Shown: in pieces, positions 36,797 through 45,203 of the stretch
How positions within the stretch are numbered: the stretch's first letter is position 1
Layout: the number at the start of each line of letters is the position of its first letter
IMG/VR virus record: IMGVR_UViG_2884411467_000001
Location: 1-64,000 of that record
From: a virus
Taxonomy: Duplodnaviria > Caudoviricetes
Length of the DNA: 64,000 nucleotides
Reading direction: 5' to 3' (one strand)
Position numbers and translations under genes: made by a program
The notes under the pieces: generated by a model
What the model was told of the DNA's origin: nothing
What the model saw: the letters and a program-made list of their open reading frames with translations, nothing else
Databases searched by the model: none

Positions 36797-37059
36797 CCAC
36801 CGAGCCGAGTTTCCGCGCCCGGTGGGTCAATGAGGCGAGCTCCACCACCAAAATCCCGTCAGACGTCGCTCCCATCACCGTCCACGGATCAGGTGTTGAA
36901 GACGCGATCACCAAGATCTCAATCAACATCGGGTCCGCTTGCATAGGCATCGATGACGCAACGGCCGAGCTCATTGCCGAAGCACTCGTTTATGCAGTGA
37001 AAAAGCGGCGCGACGCGTTCGCCCAGAGAGCCGCGGCGCAGCGGGAGCAGTCCGCATGA
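36793..37059 (+). CDS. Hypothetical early protein
   Basis: Operonic coupling. Confidence 0.5.
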   Translation: MTTEPSFRARWVNEASSTTKIPSDVAPITVHGSGVEDAITKISINIGSACIGIDDATAELIAEALVYAVKKRRDAFAQRAAAQREQSA

Positions 37060-37247
37060 ATCCGATGCCCGCCCCGCTCACCGATGCAGAACTCGACGCG
37101 CTCGGCGCACTCGCAGGCCTGCGCATCAATCGCTGCATCGACGAAATCCTTTCCAGTTTGCCGGCCTCGCCGGGGACGTCCGCCCCCTCTCCCCCCTCCG
37201 GTGTTTCCGGCGGGGCTGGCACCTTCTCTTCGGAGGATCGCACGTGA
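37056..37247 (+). CDS. Hypothetical early protein
   Basis: Operonic coupling. Confidence 0.45.
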   Translation: MNPMPAPLTDAELDALGALAGLRINRCIDEILSSLPASPGTSAPSPPSGVSGGAGTFSSEDRT

Positions 37248-37492
37248 AGCGCATCGCTCTGCTTGCATTCGCTTGCCTGGCTCTCGCCGCCTGTACCGAT
37301 GAGGCCACCACGCGCGCCGCTCTCGACGCCGAGGGCTTCACGGACGTCCACATCACCGGATATGCGCCGTTCTCGTGCGCTGACAGTGACGACTATGCCA
37401 CCAGCTTTGTTGCGACCAACGCGAAAGGTAAGCGCGTCCAGGGTGTCGTCTGCAGCAGCTTGATGGGCAAGAACGCAACGGTGCGCTGGTGA
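37244..37492 (+). CDS. Phage lipoprotein
   Basis: Lipobox LAAC; GYAPFSC...YATSF.A.N.KG..V.GVVC motif. Confidence 0.75.
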   Translation: MKRIALLAFACLALAACTDEATTRAALDAEGFTDVHITGYAPFSCADSDDYATSFVATNAKGKRVQGVVCSSLMGKNATVRW

Positions 37493-37737
37493 TGGCCGTG
37501 GCCGCGCTCTTCTCGATCTTCCGCACTCGTCGCGGCGAATGGACGGGATGCACTCCGCCCTCAGCAGCTGAGCGCATGGCGCTCTACAGCCCGCGGCATG
37601 CCGCTGAGATCCAAGCGCGAGAGAACGCCGGCACTGCCGCACCTCGCTTCACCCTCCACAACGGTCGGCCTGTTCTGGTCGCCTTCCCCACTCGCCTCAA
37701 CCCCGTGCCCAAGGAGAAGACGAATGTTCGGACGTAA
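37489..37737 (+). CDS. Hypothetical early protein
   Basis: Operonic coupling. Confidence 0.4.
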   Translation: MMAVAALFSIFRTRRGEWTGCTPPSAAERMALYSPRHAAEIQARENAGTAAPRFTLHNGRPVLVAFPTRLNPVPKEKTNVRT

Positions 37738-38086
37738 GCACCAGCTTGCCATGGCCCTGCAGGCCCTTCGCTACTACGGCAACGAAGAGACCTATCGGCG
37801 TCGCGGACGGAAGGATGACTACCAGCCCGCGCCCTTCACCACCGACCACGGTAAGCGCGCTCGCGCTGCCTTGGAGGCGATCCGTGACGATCAGGCGCGT
37901 TCGGTCCTCTCGCGCGTGGGTGCCCTCTTTCGTCGCCGCCCTACGTCGCTCGGTGTGTTTGAGCCGCCCAGGGTCCCCAAGGCGCTGTCTTCCAGCGAAC
38001 GACGTGCGCGCAAGGCCTTTGAGCAGTCGCAGCGCGATGTGGCTGCACTCAATGCCCGTCGCGATCGCGAGGAAGCGGCTGCGTGA
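37724..38086 (+). CDS. Hypothetical early protein
   Basis: AAGGAG RBS before MFGRKH. Confidence 0.5.
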   Translation: MFGRKHQLAMALQALRYYGNEETYRRRGRKDDYQPAPFTTDHGKRARAALEAIRDDQARSVLSRVGALFRRRPTSLGVFEPPRVPKALSSSERRARKAFEQSQRDVAALNARRDREEAAA

Positions 38087-38280
38087 ACCGCACGCCCGAT
38101 CTCTTCGACGGGATCTTCGACAACCAGTCCACCGGTCGTCGTGAGGTCTGGCTCGATGGGAACGTGACACGACATGCGCGCCGCAATGCCGTCGGCGACG
38201 CGCAATCCAACTGGCGCGAGATGCGGGCTCCGTGGGGTTCCTACCCCGACCTCCCGGCAAACGCATCCGCGCCAATCTGA
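38083..38280 (+). CDS. Hypothetical early protein
   Basis: GTGA coupling; IFDNQSTGRREVWLDG. Confidence 0.5.
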   Translation: MNRTPDLFDGIFDNQSTGRREVWLDGNVTRHARRNAVGDAQSNWREMRAPWGSYPDLPANASAPI

Positions 38281-38424
38281 CGGGCAGCCGATGCCGGCGG
38301 CATATCCGGCGATCCGAACACTGAGGCGAAGAAACGGCTGCTCTGGGTTCCTGTGGTGACGACCCATGCATCGATCAGCGCCGGAGAACGTAACCGGCAA
38401 CTCACCAACCAACTGGAGCCAACC

Positions 38425-38616
38425 ATGGCGTTCAAGTTCCGAATGAAGGCGAAAGTGAAGATCAAGGTCAGCGGCGAGACCGGCACGATCATTGGCCGCG
38501 CCGATTACGAGGCAGCGGAGAACAACTACCGCGTGCGCTACGTCGCCAAGACCGGCACCGCCGCAGAGCGCTGGTGGACGGAGTCCGCACTGGTCGCAGC
38601 AACCACCTCGAAGTGA
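38425..38616 (+). CDS. Small SH3/KOW-like beta protein
   Basis: GGAG RBS; VKIKVSGETGTIIGRADY....NYRVRY....G...ERWW.E motif. Confidence 0.65.
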   Translation: MAFKFRMKAKVKIKVSGETGTIIGRADYEAAENNYRVRYVAKTGTAAERWWTESALVAATTSK

Positions 38617-38911
38617 TCTCCCCGCCCTGTGGAGTGACACAGGGCACATGAAGCGGGCCTGGCGTTCTTGGGCAACCACACCGGAATGGGTTCGGCGGGG
38701 TTTGAAGGTCCAGGCTCGCTTCATGTACTGGCAGTACGGCGCGCAGCGCGCGACGCAAAGTCCGTAGGTAATCAGACCTCGTATCCACTGAGCCGGTTCA
38801 AGCACGACGGCCAAGACCAAAAGGCACTCGGGGCCACGGCCGGACGATCCGGCTACTGCCACCTAACACATCACATCACATCACGTCGGCGTCGCCGGCA
38901 AGGGAATCGAA

Positions 38912-39475
38912 GTGACTGCACCGACGATTATCTTCCAGAAGGCCTTCATCAAAATCAACAAGGCCCCTGACATCAATGGCATTGCCAGCCTGCTGGAGCC
39001 GCTGACGCTGTCATCTATCACCAGCCAGGTGGATGGCTTTCTCAACCCAGATCCGAATCGCTTCGAGCTCGATGCATCCAGCGGAATCATCTACGACCCG
39101 CTCACTGGGTTGATGTGGGGTGACGAGACGGACGAGCTGACGCCGGACGAAGCTATGGAAGCATGCAAGGCATCGCGCCAGGGTGGCCATTCCGACTGGA
39201 CGAAAGCGGGCCTACGCCCGTGGCTCACCATTGTGGATTACACGCGCAACAACCCCGTGTTGCCACCGCCGTTCAAGACCCATGGCGACTCCGTTTGGAC
39301 GGCTGACGAAACTCCTTGGAGCAAGAAGGAGAAGCGTACGGGTTCTTCCCGCTCCTTCTTCTACGTCGGCATGTGCTACGGCAACGTCAACTACTACCTC
39401 GCCGGCTACCGGCGGCGTGCGCGGCCGGTGCGGCGCGCGGCGCCGGCCAGTCAGTGCTTGGTCATTGGCCAGTAA
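38912..39475 (+). CDS. DGR target protein, DUF1566 (Lcl / CLec-fold) domain
   Basis: IYDPLTGLMW...A...C.....GGHSDW...IVDY...VWT...; VR at the C-terminus; no signal peptide or TM. Confidence 0.85.
   Translation: MTAPTIIFQKAFIKINKAPDINGIASLLEPLTLSSITSQVDGFLNPDPNRFELDASSGIIYDPLTGLMWGDETDELTPDEAMEACKASRQGGHSDWTKAGLRPWLTIVDYTRNNPVLPPPFKTHGDSVWTADETPWSKKEKRTGSSRSFFYVGMCYGNVNYYLAGYRRRARPVRRAAPASQCLVIGQ
39339..39456 (+). repeat. DGR variable repeat (VR) with IMH-like GC-rich 3' end
   Basis: 118-nt match to 39974-40091 (offset 635) with 14 mismatches. Confidence 0.95.
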
Positions 39476-39484
39476 CAGCCTGAC

Positions 39485-39919
39485 ATGACCTTCCACCTTC
39501 CTCCCGCCGTGCGGCTCGCAGAAACCCTTGCTCGCGACATCGAGCAAGCGGTCTCGAAGTTTCACCGCGCGCACCGCTACACGTTCGGCGCTGATCTTCG
39601 CGCCGATATGTGGGCCGTGCTCACGACCGCGAACCGTGCGGCGAGGAAGCCTTCGGAGCGGGCCGCGTTGCTCACCAGGCTGGTTGATCAGGTGGATGAC
39701 CTCAAGCAGCGCCTGCGCCTCGGCCAGTCGCTGCGTCAGTTCAACAGCTTCGGTCAGTTCGAAGCGCTCATGCGCTCGGCGATAAACCTCGGCCAGCAGA
39801 TAGGCGGCTGGCACCGTCAGCACCACCCCAAAGGCCAGGATGGCCGGTCGCACGCGGCCGGACAGCGTGCCATGACACTGAGTACCCGTGACACCTCGAT
39901 GGTTGAGGTCAATCAATGA
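39485..39919 (+). CDS. avd: Accessory variability determinant (Avd-like four-helix bundle)
   Basis: F.RAHRY.FG.DLR...LGQQIGGW motif; lies between VR and TR. Confidence 0.85.
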   Translation: MTFHLPPAVRLAETLARDIEQAVSKFHRAHRYTFGADLRADMWAVLTTANRAARKPSERAALLTRLVDQVDDLKQRLRLGQSLRQFNSFGQFEALMRSAINLGQQIGGWHRQHHPKGQDGRSHAAGQRAMTLSTRDTSMVEVNQ

Positions 39920-41268
39920 CGAAGCTTCGCTACCCACAGGGATGTGCAGCCAGGTCGCAAGTGCACGGGGACGCGGGTTCTTCCCGCTCCTTCTTCTACG
40001 TCAACATGAACAACGGCAACGTCAACAACAACAACGCCAACAACCGGCTGCGTGCGCGGCCGGTGCGGCGCGCGGCGCCGGCCAGTGAGTGTCAGGGTGG
40101 GGTTACTGTTCGCCAATTGCACGATGCGATGTGCGCGGCTCGACGCCGGAAGAAACCCAGTGCGAACCAGCTCGCGTTCGAACTGGCCTGGATGGATCGC
40201 CTCATCGCCATTGAGGCGGACATCAATGCTGGCCGATGGTCTCCAGCACCCGCAACATGCTTCGTCGCAACGCGCCCGAAGGCCCGTGAGATCCATGCGC
40301 CTGATTTCGGCGACCGCGTGGTTCACCACTGGCTCGTGCCTCAGCTGGAAGCCATCTACGAGCCGACGTTCATCCACGACAGCTATGCCAATCGAAAGCG
40401 CAAAGGCTCTCACGCGGCCGTTCTTCGGCTCAGGCAGTTCGTTCGCCAGACCGTCAGCGGTGAAGGCGGCGGCTGGTACCTGCAGCTCGACGTGCATAAC
40501 TTTTTCAACAGCATCCACCGACCCACCCTGTGGCTGATGTTGAAGGACCGCCTCACGCGCGCCAACCTCGATGCTGCAGCTTTGCGCGTGGTTCATGCAC
40601 TCCTTCGTCATCCTGTTGAGCGCCAAGGCGTGCACCACCGAGCCACGGCCGCACAGCGCGCCATGGTTCCGGCTCACAAGCGGTTGGAGAATGCGGCGCC
40701 TGGATGCGGTTTACCAATCGGCAACCTCTCGTCTCAGTTCTTCGCCAATGTCTATCTAGACGCGCTCGATCAGTTCGTGAAGCACACGCTGAAGGCGAGG
40801 CGCTATGCCCGATATGTCGATGACTTCGTGCTAGTCCACCGTGATCGCGCCGTCCTGGAACAGTGGCAGCACGACATCGAGACTTTTCTTGGCCGGGAAC
40901 TGGGCCTGAAGCTGAAGGCTGACATTCGGCTACGCCCTCTGTCAGCCGGCATCGATTTCCTGGGTTATGTCGTCTATCCAACCCACACGCGAGTTCGGGC
41001 TCGTGTGCTCCAGCACATGACGCAGAACCTCGCTGCTTGGGCCCAAGCACACAGCGTGAGGCACGGGTTCGCTGCGACACCCGCCGATATCCGCTCTGCC
41101 GGTTCGATTCTCGCGAGCTTTGACGGCCATCTGCGCCACGCGAATGCGGCGCGTGTGCGGCTCCAAATCTTGAGCCGCTTTCCCTGGGCCAGTCGAATTC
41201 CGACGAAGGCCTCCTTTGCCCCAGCGCTAGAGGGAACGACCGTTCTCCTCCGGCATTCACACTCCTAA
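39916..41268 (+). CDS. DGR reverse transcriptase (ORF includes TR in frame)
   Basis: REIHAPDFGDRVVHH, YLQLDVHNFFNSI, GLPIGNLSSQFFANVYL, RYVDDFV and GIDFLGY motifs. Confidence 0.95.
   Translation: MTKLRYPQGCAARSQVHGDAGSSRSFFYVNMNNGNVNNNNANNRLRARPVRRAAPASECQGGVTVRQLHDAMCAARRRKKPSANQLAFELAWMDRLIAIEADINAGRWSPAPATCFVATRPKAREIHAPDFGDRVVHHWLVPQLEAIYEPTFIHDSYANRKRKGSHAAVLRLRQFVRQTVSGEGGGWYLQLDVHNFFNSIHRPTLWLMLKDRLTRANLDAAALRVVHALLRHPVERQGVHHRATAAQRAMVPAHKRLENAAPGCGLPIGNLSSQFFANVYLDALDQFVKHTLKARRYARYVDDFVLVHRDRAVLEQWQHDIETFLGRELGLKLKADIRLRPLSAGIDFLGYVVYPTHTRVRARVLQHMTQNLAAWAQAHSVRHGFAATPADIRSAGSILASFDGHLRHANAARVRLQILSRFPWASRIPTKASFAPALEGTTVLLRHSHS
39974..40091 (+). repeat. DGR template repeat (TR)
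   Basis: Ten AAC codons; 12 of the 14 differences from VR are at TR adenines. Confidence 0.95.
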
Positions 41269-41280
41269 GAGGATTTCTAA

Positions 41281-41673
41281 ATGGCTCAGGCCAAACGCAA
41301 GACCGCTCCGAAGCGCACCACCAGCCGTCCCCGCGCGCGTCGCACCGCCAGCAGCAAGATCAAGCTCCGCGCGATCAAGCCGGCTGATGAAGCCGTGCTC
41401 ATGAAGGAAGTCGAGGTCGAGTTCGAAAAGCTGTCGCCTTACGATTTCGCGCACAGCGAACTGCTGAAGACCCTGGATCTGCTCACCGATCTCTCCGCTG
41501 AGTTGGAGCGCCGCCTGACGCCGGTGCTGAAGCCGAGCGACCTGGTCAAGGGCGAGAAGCTCATCCGACAGGAGAACGTCGCTCCGGTCATCGAGGCCTT
41601 TCAGTCGGTCGAGGCCCGCGTGGACACGGTCGCCCAGCGCGTCCAGTACCTCCTCGCCCACCTCGCCATCTGA
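41281..41673 (+). CDS. Hypothetical protein, basic N-terminal tail plus coiled coil
   Basis: GAGG RBS right after the RT stop; K/R-rich first 30 aa. Confidence 0.65.
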   Translation: MAQAKRKTAPKRTTSRPRARRTASSKIKLRAIKPADEAVLMKEVEVEFEKLSPYDFAHSELLKTLDLLTDLSAELERRLTPVLKPSDLVKGEKLIRQENVAPVIEAFQSVEARVDTVAQRVQYLLAHLAI

Positions 41674-41686
41674 TCGGAACGCCTGC

Positions 41687-41881
41687 ATGCCTCGTTACGG
41701 TCGCAATGGTCGCTTCTTCCACTCGCTGAGCCCTCTGGCTCACAAGCTCGATGCGATCGCCATCTCCGCGCCGCACGTCAGTTCGGCACCCAAGGACCAT
41801 GACGAGGCCGTGGCCAAGCAACAGGCGAAGCTTGCGCGGCGTGCGGCGCGTGCTCGCATCGTTGAGGGTGGCCAGAAATGA
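41687..41881 (+). CDS. Hypothetical protein
   Basis: ATGA-coupled to the J-domain gene. Confidence 0.45.
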   Translation: MPRYGRNGRFFHSLSPLAHKLDAIAISAPHVSSAPKDHDEAVAKQQAKLARRAARARIVEGGQK

Positions 41882-42468
41882 TGATTGCCGCCTTCCCTCT
41901 CTCGTGGCCAAAGAATTTCGGCCGCTTCGCTGATCGCGAAAAGGGTTCGTTCCGCGCCACGCTCGCCGGTGCGCTGAAGAACGTCCAGGACAGTATTCGC
42001 CTGTTCGCCAAAGACAGCGAGGTCGAGCTGGCCGGCTTGGTCATCTCGTCGAACTGCACCCTTGGCGTAACCCGCCCCGCTGACCCTGGCGTCGCTGTGT
42101 GGTTCACGTGGGGAGGCATGCAGGTCTGCATCCCCGTCGACCGCTACGCGACCGTGGAAGCGAACCTGCAGGCAATCCACCACATCATTGAGGCGCGCCG
42201 TGTGGAACTACGCCACGGAACACTTGAGCTCGTGCGCGCGTCGTTCTCTGGCTTCCTCGCATTGCCGGCACCCGGCCCAGACGACGCGAACCACTGGAGC
42301 GCGGTGCTCGCTGTGGATCGTGGCGCCTCTACGTCCGAGATCCGCGCAGCTATGCAGATTGCGCGGCTGCGCGCCCACCCGGATAAGTCGACCGGATCAC
42401 CCGAAGCGTTCAAACGCGTCATGGAGGCCTGGCAGCAGGTCTGCATCGAGCACGGTATCCCCGAATGA
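41878..42468 (+). CDS. Phage J-domain (DnaJ-like) protein
   Basis: FPLSWP N-terminus, DPGVAVWF...CIPVDRY..VE.NL, C-terminal HPD motif (AHPDK). Confidence 0.85.
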   Translation: MMIAAFPLSWPKNFGRFADREKGSFRATLAGALKNVQDSIRLFAKDSEVELAGLVISSNCTLGVTRPADPGVAVWFTWGGMQVCIPVDRYATVEANLQAIHHIIEARRVELRHGTLELVRASFSGFLALPAPGPDDANHWSAVLAVDRGASTSEIRAAMQIARLRAHPDKSTGSPEAFKRVMEAWQQVCIEHGIPE

Positions 42469-42707
42469 CCGACATCCTCTTCCTATGTCGACGGGCACGC
42501 GCCAGCACGCGCTGTGGCGCCAGCCTCGACGCAGCCCTACGCCACGCGCGCCAGGCGCAGCTGGAAGGCACTGAGGCAGGCCTGCGCCCGCAGGACAGCG
42601 CCGCCATTGATCGCGCGCTCCGTGACTTGGAGTTCGCCCTCAAGAGCACCGAGACCCACCGCCAGCGCCTTCTGCGCAAGGCTGATCGAAAGGAGCAGAA
42701 CCAATGA
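42465..42707 (+). CDS. Hypothetical protein
   Basis: ATGA coupling on both sides. Confidence 0.5.
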   Translation: MTDILFLCRRARASTRCGASLDAALRHARQAQLEGTEAGLRPQDSAAIDRALRDLEFALKSTETHRQRLLRKADRKEQNQ

Positions 42708-43231
42708 ACATCGACGTCCGCGATGAAGTGATCGAGCGTGCGTGCCAAGCCTACTTCGTCGGCAATGTGCGCAAGCCCTGGCCGTGGCGCGACACGCAAG
42801 CCCTGGACGAACCGGACGCTGTGTTCGCGGCGATGCGCCTCGCGCTCGTTGCAGCCCTGGAGAAACTTGCCGGTACCGGCGTTGGACTCATCCTGGCGGA
42901 GCGCCAGCGGCAGATCACTGCCGAAGGCTATACGCCGGAGCGCGATGCCAAGACCTACGCTCAGGTGCCGGATGGCCACTATGCCGCCGAGTTGCCCTGC
43001 GCAGCCGCGGCGTATGCCTGCTTCGCAGGCATGATCGCCGACTTCCGCGATCTACAGCGAACTCAGGAACGCCCCGAACACCAGCCGCCGTCATGCTGGC
43101 CCTGGAGTGCTACCTCGTGGAAGCCTGGCGCAGACAACTCGAACGCGTCGCGCATCCGTGAACTGGAGAAGGCCGGCGCGTTGATCGCAGCTGAGATCGA
43201 TCGCCTCCTCTCTGCCAGTGAGGGCGCCTGA
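42704..43231 (+). CDS. Conserved-type phage hypothetical protein
   Basis: ERQRQITAEGYTPE.D...AAAAYA...WPW....WKP...REL.KAGALI.AEIDRL motif. Confidence 0.7.
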   Translation: MNIDVRDEVIERACQAYFVGNVRKPWPWRDTQALDEPDAVFAAMRLALVAALEKLAGTGVGLILAERQRQITAEGYTPERDAKTYAQVPDGHYAAELPCAAAAYACFAGMIADFRDLQRTQERPEHQPPSCWPWSATSWKPGADNSNASRIRELEKAGALIAAEIDRLLSASEGA

Positions 43232-43232
43232 C

Positions 43233-43337
43233 ATGAAGTGGTTCATGAACCCCGACAACAACCCGACCATCCTGGTGATCGCGCTGGTTATTGCAGCCCT
43301 GTGTGTCTTTGCCAGCTTCGGAGCTGCCAATGGCTGA
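43233..43337 (+). CDS. 34-aa membrane peptide (not in the ORF track)
   Basis: MKWFMNPDNKPTILVIALVIAALCVFASFGAANG; overlaps the MTase start. Confidence 0.4.
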   Translation: MKWFMNPDNNPTILVIALVIAALCVFASFGAANG

Positions 43338-45201
43338 CGGATCACATCAGGACGGCTTCAACTTCCCACGCCGGAAGTTTGCCTCTGCCCTTCGCCCGGG
43401 CGAAATCGTCGTCGATTTCTTCGCCGGTGGTGGCGGCGCCAGCGAGGCCTTGCGCCAGGCGCTTGGTCGTGACCCGGACGTTGCGGTCAACCACGATCAT
43501 CTGGCGATCAGCATGCATGCGGCCAACCATCCGTTTACGCGGCACATGGAGGCCGACGCCTGGACGGTCGATATCCTTCGGGAGGTCAATGGTCGCAAAA
43601 CCGGCTGGTTCCATTCGAGCCCCGACTGCACGCACTTCAGCCAGGCCAAGGGCGGCCAGCCGCGCGATCGCCAAGTGCGAAGCCTCGCCTGGGTGATCGT
43701 CAAGGTCGCCGGCATCCTCAACAAGCGCGGGCTCGCACCGCGCATCATCAGCCTGGAGAACGTCAAACAGATGCTGCTCTGGTCGCAGCTGGTCGCGAAG
43801 CGCGACAAAGCGACTGGGCGCGTCGTCAGGCTCGACGGGTCTATAGCTGCACCCGGTGAGCGCGTACCGCTGCGCGAGCAGTTCCTCGTGCCTGACAAGA
43901 AGCGCGCTGGCAGCATCTGGCGCCAGTTCGTCGGCGCGCTGCGTGCGCTCGGCTATGTCGTCGAGCATCGACTTCTGAAGGCCTGCGACTATGGCGCCGG
44001 CACGAGCCGCGAGCGTCTCTTCCTGATCGCGCGGCGCGACGGTGAGGCCATTCGCTGGCCAGAACCGACGCACGGGCCCGGTCGTGCCAAGCCCTACGTC
44101 ACCGCAGCGGACTGCATCGACTGGTCCATTGAGTGTCCGTCGATCTTCCAGCGGAAGAAGCCGCTCGCCGATGCGACTTGCCGGCGCATCGCCAAGGGCA
44201 TCCAGCGCTACGTCATCACCGCTGCCGAGCCCTTCATCGTCCAGTGTGCCAACGCCTCAGCCAACGGCGTTGCATCATCCGACGACCCGCTTGGCGTCAT
44301 CACAGCATGGCCGAAGGGCGGCTCGCATGCAGTCATTGCTCCGACACTTGTGCAGGCCGCGCATGGTGACGGCAAGCCACGCGGCGTGCAGCGCTGGGGT
44401 TCCGGGCACAGGCATGTCGAGAGTCAGCTTGGTGCGATTACAGCAAGCGGCGGCCATGCCGTCGCAGCGGCCCATCTGATCAAATTCCGCGGCGACAGCG
44501 ATGGCGGCCCGGTGACCACGTCCATGCCGACCATCACGAGCGGCGCCGGGGCTGCCAGGCCTGCCGGCGCAGCCCACGCCATGGGCATCATCACTACGTT
44601 CCTCGAACAGGCCAACGGTGGTGGCGAGAATGGCAACCCTGCCCGGGCACGCGGAGCTACCGAACCCGTCAGCTCGATCACCGGTACCGGCAGCCAGCAG
44701 CGCATTGTGACCGGTCATCTGACCGCCTTCGGTCAGAACGCCAAGGGAACGAGCGCGGGCGAACCGCTGCAGACGGCATTGGGTGGCGCCACGCGATTCG
44801 GAGTCGTTGAGTGCACGCTGAGCCCGGAGCACGAGGCCGGTGCGCTGCGTGTTGCCGCCTTCCTCATCCGCTACTACGGCGAGGGCGGCCAGCACGGAAG
44901 CCTGCGCAATCCCGCGGCAACCATGACCACGAAGGAGAGGCTCGCGCTGGTCACCGTGACGATCCAGGGCACGCCCTACGTGATCGTGGACATCGGTCTA
45001 CGCATGCTGCGCCGTGAAGAACTATTCCGCGCGCAGGGCTTCCCGGCTGACTACATTATCGATCGCACAGCCGACGGCAGGAAGTTAAGCATCAGCGCCA
45101 GCGTGCGCATGGTCGGTAACAGCGTGAGCCCGCCTCCGCTTGCCGCGCTTGCTCGCGCAAACCTCGAACTGAACGTCAAGAACTTCAGGGAGGCGGCGTG
45201 A
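43330..45201 (+). CDS. DNA cytosine-5 methyltransferase (orphan)
   Basis: DFFAGGGG (motif I), SPDCTHFS (IV), ENV (VI), RERLF (VIII), QGFP...GNSV (IX/X). Confidence 0.9.
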   Translation: MADGSHQDGFNFPRRKFASALRPGEIVVDFFAGGGGASEALRQALGRDPDVAVNHDHLAISMHAANHPFTRHMEADAWTVDILREVNGRKTGWFHSSPDCTHFSQAKGGQPRDRQVRSLAWVIVKVAGILNKRGLAPRIISLENVKQMLLWSQLVAKRDKATGRVVRLDGSIAAPGERVPLREQFLVPDKKRAGSIWRQFVGALRALGYVVEHRLLKACDYGAGTSRERLFLIARRDGEAIRWPEPTHGPGRAKPYVTAADCIDWSIECPSIFQRKKPLADATCRRIAKGIQRYVITAAEPFIVQCANASANGVASSDDPLGVITAWPKGGSHAVIAPTLVQAAHGDGKPRGVQRWGSGHRHVESQLGAITASGGHAVAAAHLIKFRGDSDGGPVTTSMPTITSGAGAARPAGAAHAMGIITTFLEQANGGGENGNPARARGATEPVSSITGTGSQQRIVTGHLTAFGQNAKGTSAGEPLQTALGGATRFGVVECTLSPEHEAGALRVAAFLIRYYGEGGQHGSLRNPAATMTTKERLALVTVTIQGTPYVIVDIGLRMLRREELFRAQGFPADYIIDRTADGRKLSISASVRMVGNSVSPPPLAALARANLELNVKNFREAA

Positions 45202-45203
45202 TG

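Larger units (their letters stand above)
38912..41268 (+). mobile_element. Diversity-generating retroelement (target-VR, avd, TR, RT)
   Basis: TR/VR pair with adenine-specific mismatches, Avd-like four-helix protein, RT with GNLSSQ and YVDD. Confidence 0.95.

Noticed and set aside
38866-38884. ACATC x3 short tandem repeat upstream of the DGR target
   Set aside because: Too short to support phase variation; could be chance.
39445-39472. BPP-1-like hairpin/cruciform downstream of VR
   Set aside because: Only a weak GGCCAGT/ATTGGCC stem with a wobble; not enough support to call.
40003-40044. AAC tandem repeats as a microsatellite or CRISPR
   Set aside because: They are the adenine-rich codons of the DGR template repeat; no repeat-spacer array or cas genes are present in the window.
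39916-41268. RT as a group II intron, retron or Abi RT
   Set aside because: GNLSSQ motif, adjacent avd and a TR/VR pair indicate a DGR; no maturase/En domain, msr-msd or VTG motif.
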